The notes below the pieces were generated by a model. The model had not been told where the DNA came from, made no database searches, and saw only the letters and a program-made list of their open reading frames with translations. The position numbers were made by a program, and so were the translations under genes. Source: an uncultured bacterium (GTDB lineage: Bacteria; CAYUVA01). From it: a stretch of DNA of 53,369 nucleotides. The stretch covers positions 1 through 53,369 of the forward strand of contig CAYUVA010000033.1 in the NCBI GenBank assembly GCA_964448115.1. The letters are read 5' to 3'. Shown here one piece after another: positions 19,744-30,016 of the stretch; the stretch's first letter is position 1, and each line of letters begins with the position of its first letter.

Positions 19744-20394
19744 CTATATGAAACGGGCTAGCAGCTTTAGGCTCATTCGTCCGCTTCCCCTGGTCAGTTT
19801 CCTTCCCCAGGAGGTCGGCTGAGGTGCATCATCTTGTTCATGGAAAAACTCCATACCCTCGATATCTATCCCCAACTCCCTGTACATTCGATCAACAAGA
19901 TCAATGATGCTTCTGTCCATCAAGTCGGGGAGATTAGCTCTTTCAAGGTATTTTTTATCCTCGAAGATGCTGTAATTCAAAAGGATCTCTATCGTAGCGC
20001 CCGTTTTTCCCAGGCGCCGAACCTGCCGAATGGATTGCTTATCTGGTGTTATCAGTTTCCTTAAAAGACCAGACCATGGATAATTGATGTAGATCCTATC
20101 AGCTAAACCGTTAAGCTCCGCCGGCATGTTTTCCAAGGAAGCGATTACGAATATGATATTATCCAAACCACCGCGGGCAGGCTTTTTGTATATCTTTGAC
20201 GAGATCTTCTCCAACTGCTCGCGACAGGGATCGATGCCGATATGGAACACAGCTCGATTTTCCCTTGCCAGGCGATACAGGAACTTGCCATCGCCGGTGC
20301 CTAGATCCATTACCACCTTTTCATAAGGGCTGTGCAGGTAATGGAATGCATCAGCATCGATGAACTCACTTCTTTTCCCTTTTAGGATCTCCAT
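19744..20394 (-). CDS. 16S rRNA (adenine(1408)-N1)-methyltransferase, NpmA/KamB family
   Basis: ILKGK, DLGTGDG, GIDP, KKPARGGLDN, YPWSGLL and TSWGRKL motifs, colinear with NpmA as recalled. Confidence 0.85.
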   Translation of the reverse strand: MEILKGKRSEFIDADAFHYLHSPYEKVVMDLGTGDGKFLYRLARENRAVFHIGIDPCREQLEKISSKIYKKPARGGLDNIIFVIASLENMPAELNGLADRIYINYPWSGLLRKLITPDKQSIRQVRRLGKTGATIEILLNYSIFEDKKYLERANLPDLMDRSIIDLVDRMYRELGIDIEGMEFFHEQDDAPQPTSWGRKLTRGSGRMSLKLLARFI

Positions 20395-20481
20395 TGAAAT
20401 TTTTTTAACATAATCTTAAGCGGTTTGAAAAAGGGATGCCACTGATATATAAATTACCAGGAGAAACCTAGGGAGATAGCG

Positions 20482-22383
20482 ATGCGTAAAGTAATTTTCC
20501 TTTGTATGCTTTTTATCATAGCACTTGCAGCGCCAAAGCTGGCTTATTCTGAAATGAGGCAACCATGCTCTACCAGCCAGATTAGGAGCCTAGGAGATGT
20601 TGATCTCGATATGGCTTTAGCCATCCTTGACTGCGTGTCCGATCACAGAGAGCAGATGGCTCAAAGGCGCTTGAAGCGGGTTCATAAGTCGGTCAGGTCC
20701 GACTATGAGCCACAGCCCTTGATGGCAGCAGCCTGTTCGGTTTATCTCAATGTACCGATCGGTGTCCCTTTGGCAGGCTTTGGCGGGGGGGCAAGGCGAG
20801 CCACACTGCCCGATGTTAATCCGGATAACTATGTGGTGCTTTTTAATCCCTCCGAGGGTGTGCTTGATCCCCTGCGAGCCAAGATCCTTATCCTTGATGA
20901 CGGCTTCAACAAGGTCTGCATCATAAGCGTTGATGCTGTCGGCTCCACGGCTTATATAACCGAGGCAATAGCCGATCGCATCGCCGAGACCGGTATTGAC
21001 CTGGATCACCTACTAGTTGCCGGCACCCATACCCACTCCGGTCCTGGCGATCTCTCAGAGCTTGCAATGTGGTGGTTCATTGCAATGGATGTCTTTGATG
21101 AACGCATCTTCGAGCATGTAGTTGATCGGGTGGCACAAGGTGTCATCACTGCAAACCAGAATCTCCAACCAGCACGCATGGGGATCGGCTCCATATATGT
21201 TTATGACCTGAGCAAGAATCGGCGCCATGATGGTGGCGATATCGATCCCGAGGTCGGGCTTGTCAAGGTAGAGACCACAGGTGGTGAGCCGATAGCTATC
21301 GTGTTCAACTTCGCCTCTCATAATACCTGTATGGGGTCGAGCAACATGAAGTTCTCCGCGGACTGGAGCGGCTTTGCCGAGCGATACCTGGAGTACATCC
21401 TGCCTGGACTCACTGCCATGCACATCCAGGGCGCAGAGGGGGATCAGAAGCCGGTGCGAGGGGGCTACGATGGCGCTCAGTGGGTCGGCGAGGAGATGGC
21501 TTATCGGATACTTGATAATATCAGCGACCTGAACACCAGCGCATACTGGCAGATCCAGACCGAGAACATGGTGATAGATCTCCCCAAGGCGCAGTTGCAA
21601 TTAAATGCCTGTGATGATGAGTGGCTCGGCTGGCTGCCGGACTGGGTGCTTATCAACCTTGACCTCTTTGTCGAGAAGCAGGCTCGCATCCAGGCAATTC
21701 GCTTCAATGATGATGTGGTGATTACCATTCCAGGCGAACCATTGGTCGCGCTGGCACAGGAGATTAAGGGGATGGGACCCTATATGGATTACAATCATGT
21801 CCATGTATATGGCTTGGCGAACGGGCATATCTCCTACATCGCGCCGCCGGAGGAGTTCGAGCATGGCGGTTACGAGGTCTGTGCAACCATGTATGGACCC
21901 GAGCTTGCCGGGCTGATGGTGGAAAGTTGCCTGGAGACGATGCGCCGCGCCCGAACCTACCCGACACCGACACCAACCCCGACACCGACAAATACGTTGA
22001 TACCAACTAGCTCCCCGTGGCCAACACCGGAGCCGACAGAGACCCCAGCACCGACCGCCACAGCGACCATCCCCATTGCTCCAAGTATATTATTCGCCGG
22101 GTACTGGGATACTTATATAAGCTCAGCTAACGGCGGCAACCTTGATATCATTGCCTACACGATGCGGGGATTTTATGATGTGCGCGATGTCGAGTTATAC
22201 TACCTGGGGATCCCCACCGGGCTTATACTTCCCCTAGACATCAATATTGATTACCTATTCTGGTTAAAGGATATGTTGATCGAGCCAGGTGCGCCGCAAG
22301 GGGAGTATCTATTCACGCTCATCGCCAGCGATTATCTGTCAGTTACCAGCAACCCCTGGCCGTACTTGGTGGTACCAGAATAG
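20482..22383 (+). CDS. Secreted neutral/alkaline ceramidase family protein with PT linker and C-terminal WPYL module
   Basis: 'THTHSGPG', 'NFASH', 'GAEGD', 'PGE', 'GLANG..SY' and 'GGYE' motifs. Confidence 0.85.
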   Translation: MRKVIFLCMLFIIALAAPKLAYSEMRQPCSTSQIRSLGDVDLDMALAILDCVSDHREQMAQRRLKRVHKSVRSDYEPQPLMAAACSVYLNVPIGVPLAGFGGGARRATLPDVNPDNYVVLFNPSEGVLDPLRAKILILDDGFNKVCIISVDAVGSTAYITEAIADRIAETGIDLDHLLVAGTHTHSGPGDLSELAMWWFIAMDVFDERIFEHVVDRVAQGVITANQNLQPARMGIGSIYVYDLSKNRRHDGGDIDPEVGLVKVETTGGEPIAIVFNFASHNTCMGSSNMKFSADWSGFAERYLEYILPGLTAMHIQGAEGDQKPVRGGYDGAQWVGEEMAYRILDNISDLNTSAYWQIQTENMVIDLPKAQLQLNACDDEWLGWLPDWVLINLDLFVEKQARIQAIRFNDDVVITIPGEPLVALAQEIKGMGPYMDYNHVHVYGLANGHISYIAPPEEFEHGGYEVCATMYGPELAGLMVESCLETMRRARTYPTPTPTPTPTNTLIPTSSPWPTPEPTETPAPTATATIPIAPSILFAGYWDTYISSANGGNLDIIAYTMRGFYDVRDVELYYLGIPTGLILPLDINIDYLFWLKDMLIEPGAPQGEYLFTLIASDYLSVTSNPWPYLVVPE

Positions 22384-22402
22384 CAAGACAAAGGATAGGT
22401 AC

Positions 22403-22855
22403 ATGAGCTACATCGATGAGAACCTGATGGATGGCGAGGTGGTGGTCTATCGCACAAGGCTTCACTGGATAGTCTTTGCCTGGCCGTTTTTCTGGGTGGC
22501 GTTGTTTGCAGTGATGCTAGGAATGGGCGATCCAACAGCTCCGCTGGCTTGGATAACCATCATCTGCGCATTGATAACTGGAATCCCAGCCCTGATCAAC
22601 TATCTCACCTCCGAGTTCGGCCTAACCAACAAGCGAGTCATCATCAAGGTCGGGTGGCTTAAGCGGTATTCCTTCGAGACCTTGCTGAACAAGATCGAGG
22701 GAATACAGGTCTCTCAGAGCATACCAGGCAGGATGCTGGACTACGGCACAATCATCATAACCGGCACCGGAGGCTCCAGGGAACCATTCGTCAAGATAAG
22801 CTCTCCGCTTGAGTTTCGTCGCCAGGTGCAGCAGCAGATAGCAAGCAAAGCCTAG
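22403..22855 (+). CDS. Bacterial PH-domain (bPH_2) membrane protein
   Basis: 'MSYIDENL..GE.V.YR..LHW', two TMs, 'LTNKRVI.K.G', 'GR.LDYGT'. Start moved to ATG 22403. Confidence 0.85.
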   Translation: MSYIDENLMDGEVVVYRTRLHWIVFAWPFFWVALFAVMLGMGDPTAPLAWITIICALITGIPALINYLTSEFGLTNKRVIIKVGWLKRYSFETLLNKIEGIQVSQSIPGRMLDYGTIIITGTGGSREPFVKISSPLEFRRQVQQQIASKA

Positions 22856-22866
22856 TTAACCGGTAT

Positions 22867-24561
22867 ATGTCTAAATACTTTGATAATAGGCTGCATATCT
22901 TACTTGTTTCAGGGCTAATATTATCGATTGCAGCCATCGCATACCCAAGACAGGCTTCAACGGACACGGTCGGGCTGATCATTAATTCCTTTGCTGAGAT
23001 GATCGCAATCCACTTCAGGCAAAGGGAGCTTACGGTCGCCTCCTTTGATGGAAGTTACCTGTACCTCATAGGCAATGATATCCACAAAATAAAGCCAAAA
23101 GACACAGGAAGGCTCTACAGGGATTATATCTCGGAAGCAATGGTGGAAAATATCGGCACTGTCGAGATCCTCGAGCTGGCTGGCAAGGTCGCTAAAGCAA
23201 GGCTGTTGGATATCTCCCCCGGATTGGTGCCTCGCAAGGGTGATATAGCTGTTTTCTTAAACCGCGCAGGAAGAATCGGTATAACAGAACCTATCTTATG
23301 GACAAAGGAAGAACTGGAGCCAGTAAAAAATATATTCAAGGGGATGTTGATCCTCAATCTTAGGGAGCATGCCAATATATTCCCCGTTGATATCAACATA
23401 GAATCAGAGCGGTCTATGAGATGGATGTTCAGCAAGCAGAGAGAAAAGATGGCTGATGAGATTCGAGGGATAGGGGTCGATTATCTCGTACTGTGGGGTA
23501 TAGAGCGAAAGGGCGATTTTCTTATATTGACCGGATTTCTGGTTTCAGCAGCGGAACTTCTCCCCTTGGAACAACCGCATGCGGCAGGAAGATGCTCGAT
23601 ATCTTACATGAATTATACCCAGAAGATGCTGTTTGATAAACCGAGTCAAAAAGGGGATCAGCTTGAGGCAAAGGTATTCATGCAGTATCCCGGCGAGCTA
23701 TTTGATATGGCATTTGCAAAGGATGATAAAGGTAACCTGTTGCAATTGTACCTGGTCAGCGAGGATGGCATACTCATTTATCTTATAGATGGCGATGCGG
23801 TGAGATACAAAGGTATAATCACGCCTACATCATTATTCACAGAGCAGAATATCCCCCAAAAACGACCCGTGGTGCGCACCCAATTCCATAGGCTCATAGC
23901 CAAAGACCTCGATAAGGATGGAGACCCGGAGCTATACTACTATTCTAGCGATCACGGGAACACAATCGGGATAAAGCCTTCGCTCAGCGGCAAATCAAAG
24001 GTATTCTGGCAGGTTGATGAGATCCTACTCGACGCTGGATTCATAGGAGACAAGCCTTATGTTGCTACCTGTGCCAATCAGCCCGGGAGCGACTATTGTA
24101 TCGACCAGGTCAACATTCAAGATCCCTTTGCAGCCAGGGTGATAAAAGAGCTGAACGCCGGCCTCAACTTTGAATTTTATTCACTGCTTCTTGCCGAATC
24201 TCCCGGTGGTAAGCATGACCTTGCCCTAACAGAGACGGTCAATGATGAACTGGTCATCTTCGACACCAGACTAAAGGATGTCTATTACACGATCCCTGAC
24301 TGCGGACAGGGGAGCTGGGTGGGGAATATAGACCGCGACCCTTACCTGGAGGCTTTCGTGCCCTCAACTAGAATCGATGGCACGGATATCATGCGGATGA
24401 TAAAGTTGTATCCCAAATCCGCAGGGATAAGATGGACTAGCCAGGAAATACAGGGAACAATAAGGCAGATCAAGATGATCGATCACGACCAGGATACGAA
24501 GGATGAGATCTTCGTGTTGGTAATAAATGAAAATAACTCTATTATATATAGATTTGACTAG
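22867..24561 (+). CDS. Hypothetical exported protein with C-terminal FG-GAP/VCBS-like motifs
   Basis: Signal or TM segment; DLDKDGDPEL, NIDRDPYLE and DHDQDTKDEI motifs. Confidence 0.6.
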   Translation: MSKYFDNRLHILLVSGLILSIAAIAYPRQASTDTVGLIINSFAEMIAIHFRQRELTVASFDGSYLYLIGNDIHKIKPKDTGRLYRDYISEAMVENIGTVEILELAGKVAKARLLDISPGLVPRKGDIAVFLNRAGRIGITEPILWTKEELEPVKNIFKGMLILNLREHANIFPVDINIESERSMRWMFSKQREKMADEIRGIGVDYLVLWGIERKGDFLILTGFLVSAAELLPLEQPHAAGRCSISYMNYTQKMLFDKPSQKGDQLEAKVFMQYPGELFDMAFAKDDKGNLLQLYLVSEDGILIYLIDGDAVRYKGIITPTSLFTEQNIPQKRPVVRTQFHRLIAKDLDKDGDPELYYYSSDHGNTIGIKPSLSGKSKVFWQVDEILLDAGFIGDKPYVATCANQPGSDYCIDQVNIQDPFAARVIKELNAGLNFEFYSLLLAESPGGKHDLALTETVNDELVIFDTRLKDVYYTIPDCGQGSWVGNIDRDPYLEAFVPSTRIDGTDIMRMIKLYPKSAGIRWTSQEIQGTIRQIKMIDHDQDTKDEIFVLVINENNSIIYRFD

Positions 24562-24591
24562 TAAATATCTTCACTAGAAATAGGAGGTATC

Positions 24592-24903
24592 ATGATGAAA
24601 GATAAACAAGATGAAAGCTCAAGGCAGATACAGATCCAGATCGAACCTGAGGTGGAAAAAGGTAGGTATTTTAATGTTGCTACCATATTACACAGGGAGA
24701 CCGAGTTTCTGCTCGACTTCGGATTGGCACTGCCGGGAAAGCCTGCTATTAGAGTTGTAAGCAGGGTAATCACTCATCCTACTCATGCAAAACAGTTTCT
24801 TTTAACCCTGCAGGAGAACATTCGCAGATACGAGGAGAGGTTCGGCGCCATTCCCCTGCCCGAGGGACCAATCCACGGCATTGCCCCGGACAAGATAAAC
24901 TAA
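24592..24903 (+). CDS. DUF3467 family protein
   Basis: 'G.Y.N.A.I.H...EF.LDF......SRVI..P.HAK.F...L.ENI..YE..FG.I'. Confidence 0.85.
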   Translation: MMKDKQDESSRQIQIQIEPEVEKGRYFNVATILHRETEFLLDFGLALPGKPAIRVVSRVITHPTHAKQFLLTLQENIRRYEERFGAIPLPEGPIHGIAPDKIN

Positions 24904-24930
24904 GAAAAAACGCTTTCGAGCCATCAAGGT

Positions 24931-26616
24931 ATGTTACCTGGATCCGACCCCATAACCAAGAGGCGGGATAAGGCTGTTGCGTTCATCATCGGTCTGCTTA
25001 TCGTTGTGTTCGCATTGTACCTGCGACTAACCGGCATAACCTGGGGTATCAGGGATCTTAACCTTCCGCATCAATCATTTCATCCAGACGAGGTCGGCAA
25101 CCTGAACTCCATAGTCAATACCAATCCCAAGCTCTACACCGACTACGACCGCTGTTGGTATTACAACAAGGGCATTTTGATGCACACAATCTGGAGCGCG
25201 ACACTATACCTACTGGGATTGAAAAAGGATGTTTACAGCATCGATGGTAACATCCTAAGCTCTATGTATCTTGCGATGCGCCTGGTAGTCGTGCTTGCCT
25301 CGCTTGCAAACCTGCTGTTGGTGTATCTTATCGCAAGAATATTGTATCCAGGAATTTATGCAGCTCTGATGGCAGCTTTTTTACTTGCCATAATCCCTGC
25401 CGAAGTAATCAATGCGCATTACGCCAAGACTGATATTCCGGCTGAGACTCTATTGCTCCTATCATTCTTTTTTATTAGCAGATTTTTTCTCAAGGAAGCA
25501 AAAAATAAAGAGCTGATACTTGCTTGTCTTTTTGCAGGATTAGCTATTTCAACTAAATATTCGAGCATAGTTATACTTTTTCCGATCGCTTATGCTGCCA
25601 TCGTGAAAAGCGATGCCGCTAGGGATCTGAAAAGGTTTGTAAAACTCGCCCTTGGCGGGATGGTTTTCGTTCTACTTGGCTTTTCGATCGGCTGCCCGGA
25701 TATCTTTTTACATACTAACGAATTCATTGATGGGCTAAAGGAACAATATATAGTCCAACATAGTGCGCCGGGAGACACGATAGGGAGAACGACCAGATAT
25801 ACCGACTTTATTGTGAGAGTACTCCCTTACTCGATGAGCATCAGCGGATTTTTCTTGGCTTGCATAGGGGTATTCTTGAGCTTCTTTTTGCTGAATAAGA
25901 AGCCTGTCTGGCTCATCTTCTGCCTGGTAATCCCGTATCTTCTTTGGTCAATGACCTCATGGCCGCTGGTTAGATACAGCACATTGTTGATGCCCTTTCT
26001 GGGCATGCTGATCGGAATGGGGGTTGTAGAGATAGTGAGCAACTTTCGCTTCCTGCCCTGGATGCAGATCTACCTATCGGTTTTTATTGCTGTTTTGTGC
26101 TTACTGACCATGTCAGTGAGCATAAGATATGTCAATGCCATGGCTGGCGAGGACCCCCGGGAGCTTGCCAAAGAATGGATCGAGGAGAATGTATCCCCTG
26201 CCAGCCGAATCGGATTAGTGCATCCGGGGCTTTATCCCAATCCGAGATTGGACGAGCGAAGATATGCCTTGGTATCAATGTATGAGGATATCGACTATCT
26301 CGACACCGATGCCCTGGATCTTGTGGTATTGAGCAGCCTTACCTATAACCAAGTGCTCAGGGTCGATTCTCTTGATCCAAGGGCGAGCAAATTTTATGGT
26401 TTCTTACTCGATGATTCTAGCTTCGATAAGCTAGTTGCCTTCGATAATTACCCCAAAGGTAAACTATTCAAGGGTTTACTGCCTCCCAAGGATCCCCCCA
26501 TAGACTGGCTGTATCCCTTCCCAATCATTCTTGTCCTGGAACCGAAGATATCCTATTGTGGAAGGCTGGCAGGGGGGCAACCCCCAAGACAAAATCAGTA
26601 TATAATCATTCGATGA
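24931..26616 (+). CDS. GT-C membrane glycosyltransferase (GT39/ArnT-like)
   Basis: 'SFHPDE' loop, 'AHYAKTD', 'GLAISTKY'; many TMs. Confidence 0.8.
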   Translation: MLPGSDPITKRRDKAVAFIIGLLIVVFALYLRLTGITWGIRDLNLPHQSFHPDEVGNLNSIVNTNPKLYTDYDRCWYYNKGILMHTIWSATLYLLGLKKDVYSIDGNILSSMYLAMRLVVVLASLANLLLVYLIARILYPGIYAALMAAFLLAIIPAEVINAHYAKTDIPAETLLLLSFFFISRFFLKEAKNKELILACLFAGLAISTKYSSIVILFPIAYAAIVKSDAARDLKRFVKLALGGMVFVLLGFSIGCPDIFLHTNEFIDGLKEQYIVQHSAPGDTIGRTTRYTDFIVRVLPYSMSISGFFLACIGVFLSFFLLNKKPVWLIFCLVIPYLLWSMTSWPLVRYSTLLMPFLGMLIGMGVVEIVSNFRFLPWMQIYLSVFIAVLCLLTMSVSIRYVNAMAGEDPRELAKEWIEENVSPASRIGLVHPGLYPNPRLDERRYALVSMYEDIDYLDTDALDLVVLSSLTYNQVLRVDSLDPRASKFYGFLLDDSSFDKLVAFDNYPKGKLFKGLLPPKDPPIDWLYPFPIILVLEPKISYCGRLAGGQPPRQNQYIIIR

Positions 26617-26629
26617 ACTGATAAATAAA

Positions 26630-28132
26630 GTGAAGAACCAACGGAGAAAATGGTTATTCCCGGTGCTGGTAGCTTTCTTGCTCTCATTTGCACTCAGGCT
26701 ATATGATATAAAGGCTCCCTTGATCGACTATCACAGCGGCAGGCAGATCGACACCGCCATGATCGCCAAGAATTTTTATAATAATGGCTTCAAAATATGG
26801 CTCCCGCAGATCGATACGCAGGGAGCGGAGCCGGTCTTCTTGGAGAGTGAGTTTCATATTTACCCCTTTATAGTCTCTGTGATTTACCTGCTTCTTGGAA
26901 TACAGGATCTGATAGGGAGGCTTGTATCTGTATTTTTTTCATCTGCTAGCGTGTTTTTTCTTTACAAGATTGCCTCCTTCTATTTCAAGAGACCGATAGA
27001 TGATATCATCGTCTTTCTCTACGCCATATCCCCATTGGCGATCAAGTATGGCAGAGCATTCCAGCCGGATGCGACCCTTGTGTTTTTCTTATCTGCTGGA
27101 ATTTACTTCTTTTTTAGCTATGCAAAGAGGGCTAAGAAATCTCACCTCTGGATCGCTTTATTATTCATAACCATAAGCGGGCTGATGAAGCTCACCTCGC
27201 TGTATATTTTGCTTCCCCTTATGTACCTTGGGCTTAAGGCTAAGCGAACATCCTTCTTGCATTTATTTAAGATGCTTATCTTTATATTAGTCGTGATAGG
27301 TGTGCCGCTGTGTTGGTATGTGTATGCACACCATCGAGGCATGGAGGCTGCCTCGTGGGGCATCTTTAAGCACCTGAATTTTTACGAGACGATCAGCTTT
27401 TGGGCAAAACCTGGCTGGTACTTGGAAATATCGCGGGTTCTATTCACGCAGATACTTCCCTTGCCGCTATCATTGCTGCTACCTCTTGGTTTATTCCAAC
27501 TGCATAGAAGCAAAATAGCCAGGGAGCTTTTTTTCTGGTTAGGAGGCGTTTTCATATTCTACCTGGTAAGCGCCTGGTCTCTTTTTCGCCACGAGTACTA
27601 CCATCTGCCGAGCATCATTCCCTATCTTTTAATATGTGGATTTGCGCTTGATAAAATGAAGTTACTCTCTCGGGCATATAAATACAGCGGATTTCGAGAA
27701 CTCTCAGCATACCTGATGCCATGTTTCTTTGCTGTCTTCATTCTAATCGTTGGATATTCTGCATATCTGCCCTGGATCTTTACTAAGGATACCAGATGGC
27801 ATTCGTGGAATATGGAGCAGTATGTTGTGGGAAAATATATTAGCCAGGCATACCCGCATTCGCCGATCCTTATCTCCCCCTCAAATATAAGCATTTATTA
27901 TGCAAATGCGACCGGTTGGGCAGTGATTCCAGGTTTATTCTCGGTTGAGGATCTTCGTAGATGTATTGCTGGAGGCGCCGAGATATTTATATTTTCTTTG
28001 CCCCCGCATGACTCACCATGGCAGGCAAAGTACAGCTTCTCGCATGATATTATCAACTACTTAAAGGGAAAGGGACTTCATAAGATACAGGTTAATAACT
28101 CCTGGCTTTTTATTCTCAAGCCATCGCATTGA
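26630..28132 (+). CDS. GT-C membrane glycosyltransferase (GT39/ArnT-like)
   Basis: 'RQIDTAMIAKNF', 'ESEF..YP', 'YGRAFQPD', 'HEYY'; many TMs. Confidence 0.8.
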   Translation: MKNQRRKWLFPVLVAFLLSFALRLYDIKAPLIDYHSGRQIDTAMIAKNFYNNGFKIWLPQIDTQGAEPVFLESEFHIYPFIVSVIYLLLGIQDLIGRLVSVFFSSASVFFLYKIASFYFKRPIDDIIVFLYAISPLAIKYGRAFQPDATLVFFLSAGIYFFFSYAKRAKKSHLWIALLFITISGLMKLTSLYILLPLMYLGLKAKRTSFLHLFKMLIFILVVIGVPLCWYVYAHHRGMEAASWGIFKHLNFYETISFWAKPGWYLEISRVLFTQILPLPLSLLLPLGLFQLHRSKIARELFFWLGGVFIFYLVSAWSLFRHEYYHLPSIIPYLLICGFALDKMKLLSRAYKYSGFRELSAYLMPCFFAVFILIVGYSAYLPWIFTKDTRWHSWNMEQYVVGKYISQAYPHSPILISPSNISIYYANATGWAVIPGLFSVEDLRRCIAGGAEIFIFSLPPHDSPWQAKYSFSHDIINYLKGKGLHKIQVNNSWLFILKPSH

Positions 28133-28235
28133 CTAATACTTATCCTTGTTTTAATTATCAGGTAGAATGTGAATAGAATATGAGCTGAGATTGTTATAAA
28201 AGCTAAAAACGAAAAAGAAAGGAATTTTAGCAACT

Positions 28236-28793
28236 ATGTATTCCAAGAAAGTTATGGAACACTTCATGAATCCACGCAATGTCGGTGATCTTGAAGATGC
28301 CAGCGGAGTCGGCGAGGTCGGAAATGCTGCCTGTGGTGATATTCTCAAGCTCTATATAAAGGTTGACGAGAACGGTATTATAACCGATGCCAAGTTCAAG
28401 ACCTTCGGTTGCGGCGCTGCCATTGCTTCAAGCTCTATTGCCACGGAGCTTATCATCGGTAAGCATATAGAGGAGGCGAGAACCCTGACCAATAAAGCCA
28501 TAGCCGAGGCGCTGGATGGCTTGCCTCCACAGAAGCTGCACTGCTCGGTGCTCGCTGCTGATGCACTCAATAAGGCGATCGATAACCACCTGGGCATTGT
28601 ACGCGAGGAGGATAACGAGATAATCTGTATCTGCAATCAGATCCCCCGCAAGGTTATCGAGGAGGCTATCTCTCACGGTGCTTTCACGCTGGAGGCTGTC
28701 GCAAAGAAGACCGGCGCCACAACCGGCGAATGCGGAGGAGTGGTCTGCGGGGAAAAGATCAAGGAAATGCTGAAAAAATATGAACAGGTATAA
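28236..28793 (+). CDS. iscU: Fe-S scaffold IscU/NifU-N fused to a BFD-like [2Fe-2S] domain
   Basis: YS.KV..HF.NPRN.G, ACGD, FGCG and LHCS motifs, then C.C...TG.CGG..C. Confidence 0.88.
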   Translation: MYSKKVMEHFMNPRNVGDLEDASGVGEVGNAACGDILKLYIKVDENGIITDAKFKTFGCGAAIASSSIATELIIGKHIEEARTLTNKAIAEALDGLPPQKLHCSVLAADALNKAIDNHLGIVREEDNEIICICNQIPRKVIEEAISHGAFTLEAVAKKTGATTGECGGVVCGEKIKEMLKKYEQV

Positions 28794-28822
28794 ACTATCA
28801 TAATATAGATGGAGAGATACAG

Positions 28823-30010
28823 ATGAGAGAAGTTTATCTTGATAATAATGCTACCACCGAGCTTGATCCCGAAGTGAAAAAGGCGATGATCGAAGCTATG
28901 GAGGCTTATGGGAATGCCTCCAGCCACCATCATTTCGGGCATAGAACAAAAGAGCTTATCGAACAGGCTCGCGAACAGACCGCAAAGATCATCGGCGCAG
29001 AGGCTTCCGATATCGTTTTCACTGGCAGCGGATCAGAGGCGAACAACCTGGCAATAAAAGGAGTCGCCTGCGAAGGGCTGGTCTGTAAGGGGCTGGAGAT
29101 AAAGGCTGGCAAGCATATAATAACCTCACAGATCGAGCATCCATCGGTGCTCAATACTTGCAAGTGCCAGGAACAATTCGGTTTCAAGGTAACCTACCTG
29201 CCAGTCGATAAATACGGGCTGATAGACCCAGGATTGGTCGAAAAGGCGATAAATCCCAACACATCGCTGATAACTATTATGCTCGCCAACAACGAGATCG
29301 GCACCATCGAGCCGATCAAGGAGATCGCAAAGATCGCTAGAAAGCATAATCTCCTCTTCCATACCGATGCGGTTCAGGCAGTTGGCAAGGTCGATATCGA
29401 TGTTCACGAGCTTGGCGTTGATATGCTATCCCTAACCGGGCACAAGATTCATGGGCCCAAGGGTAGCGGAGCGCTATACCTACGCAAGGGATTATCGCTC
29501 TGTCCTCTAATACATGGCGGGGGGCAAGAGAAACGACGCCGAGCCGGCACTGAGAATGTCATCGGTATAGTCGGACTCGGGAAAGCGCTCGAGATCGCTC
29601 GCAAGAGCATGCCTGAGGTGCCACAAAGGATGCAGAGATTGCGTGATATGCTCTGGGAGGGCATAAAAAATAGCATACCTGAAGTGAGCCTGAACGGGCA
29701 CCCAACCCTGCGCCTGCCTAGCACGCTAAATGTCGCCTTCAAGTACATCGAGGGGGAATCGATCCTGATGATGATGGACTCGGTAGGTATCGGTGCATCA
29801 ACAGGCTCCGCCTGTTCCTCCGACTCACTGGAGCCATCTCATGTTCTGCTCGCTATCGGTCTTCCCCACGAGGAAGCACATGGAGCGGTCCGCTTCAGCG
29901 TCGGCAAATTTAACACCGAGGAAGACATTACTTATACTTTGGAAAAGCTACCTCCTTTAATAGCGCGCCTACGAGAGATGAGTCCCTTGTACAACGCAAA
30001 GACAAGCTAA
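28823..30010 (+). CDS. iscS: Cysteine desulfurase (IscS/NifS, group I)
   Basis: YLDNNATT, HTDAVQ, GHKIHGPKG, RAGTEN and STGSACSS motifs. Confidence 0.95.
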   Translation: MREVYLDNNATTELDPEVKKAMIEAMEAYGNASSHHHFGHRTKELIEQAREQTAKIIGAEASDIVFTGSGSEANNLAIKGVACEGLVCKGLEIKAGKHIITSQIEHPSVLNTCKCQEQFGFKVTYLPVDKYGLIDPGLVEKAINPNTSLITIMLANNEIGTIEPIKEIAKIARKHNLLFHTDAVQAVGKVDIDVHELGVDMLSLTGHKIHGPKGSGALYLRKGLSLCPLIHGGGQEKRRRAGTENVIGIVGLGKALEIARKSMPEVPQRMQRLRDMLWEGIKNSIPEVSLNGHPTLRLPSTLNVAFKYIEGESILMMMDSVGIGASTGSACSSDSLEPSHVLLAIGLPHEEAHGAVRFSVGKFNTEEDITYTLEKLPPLIARLREMSPLYNAKTS

Positions 30011-30016
30011 TACGCT

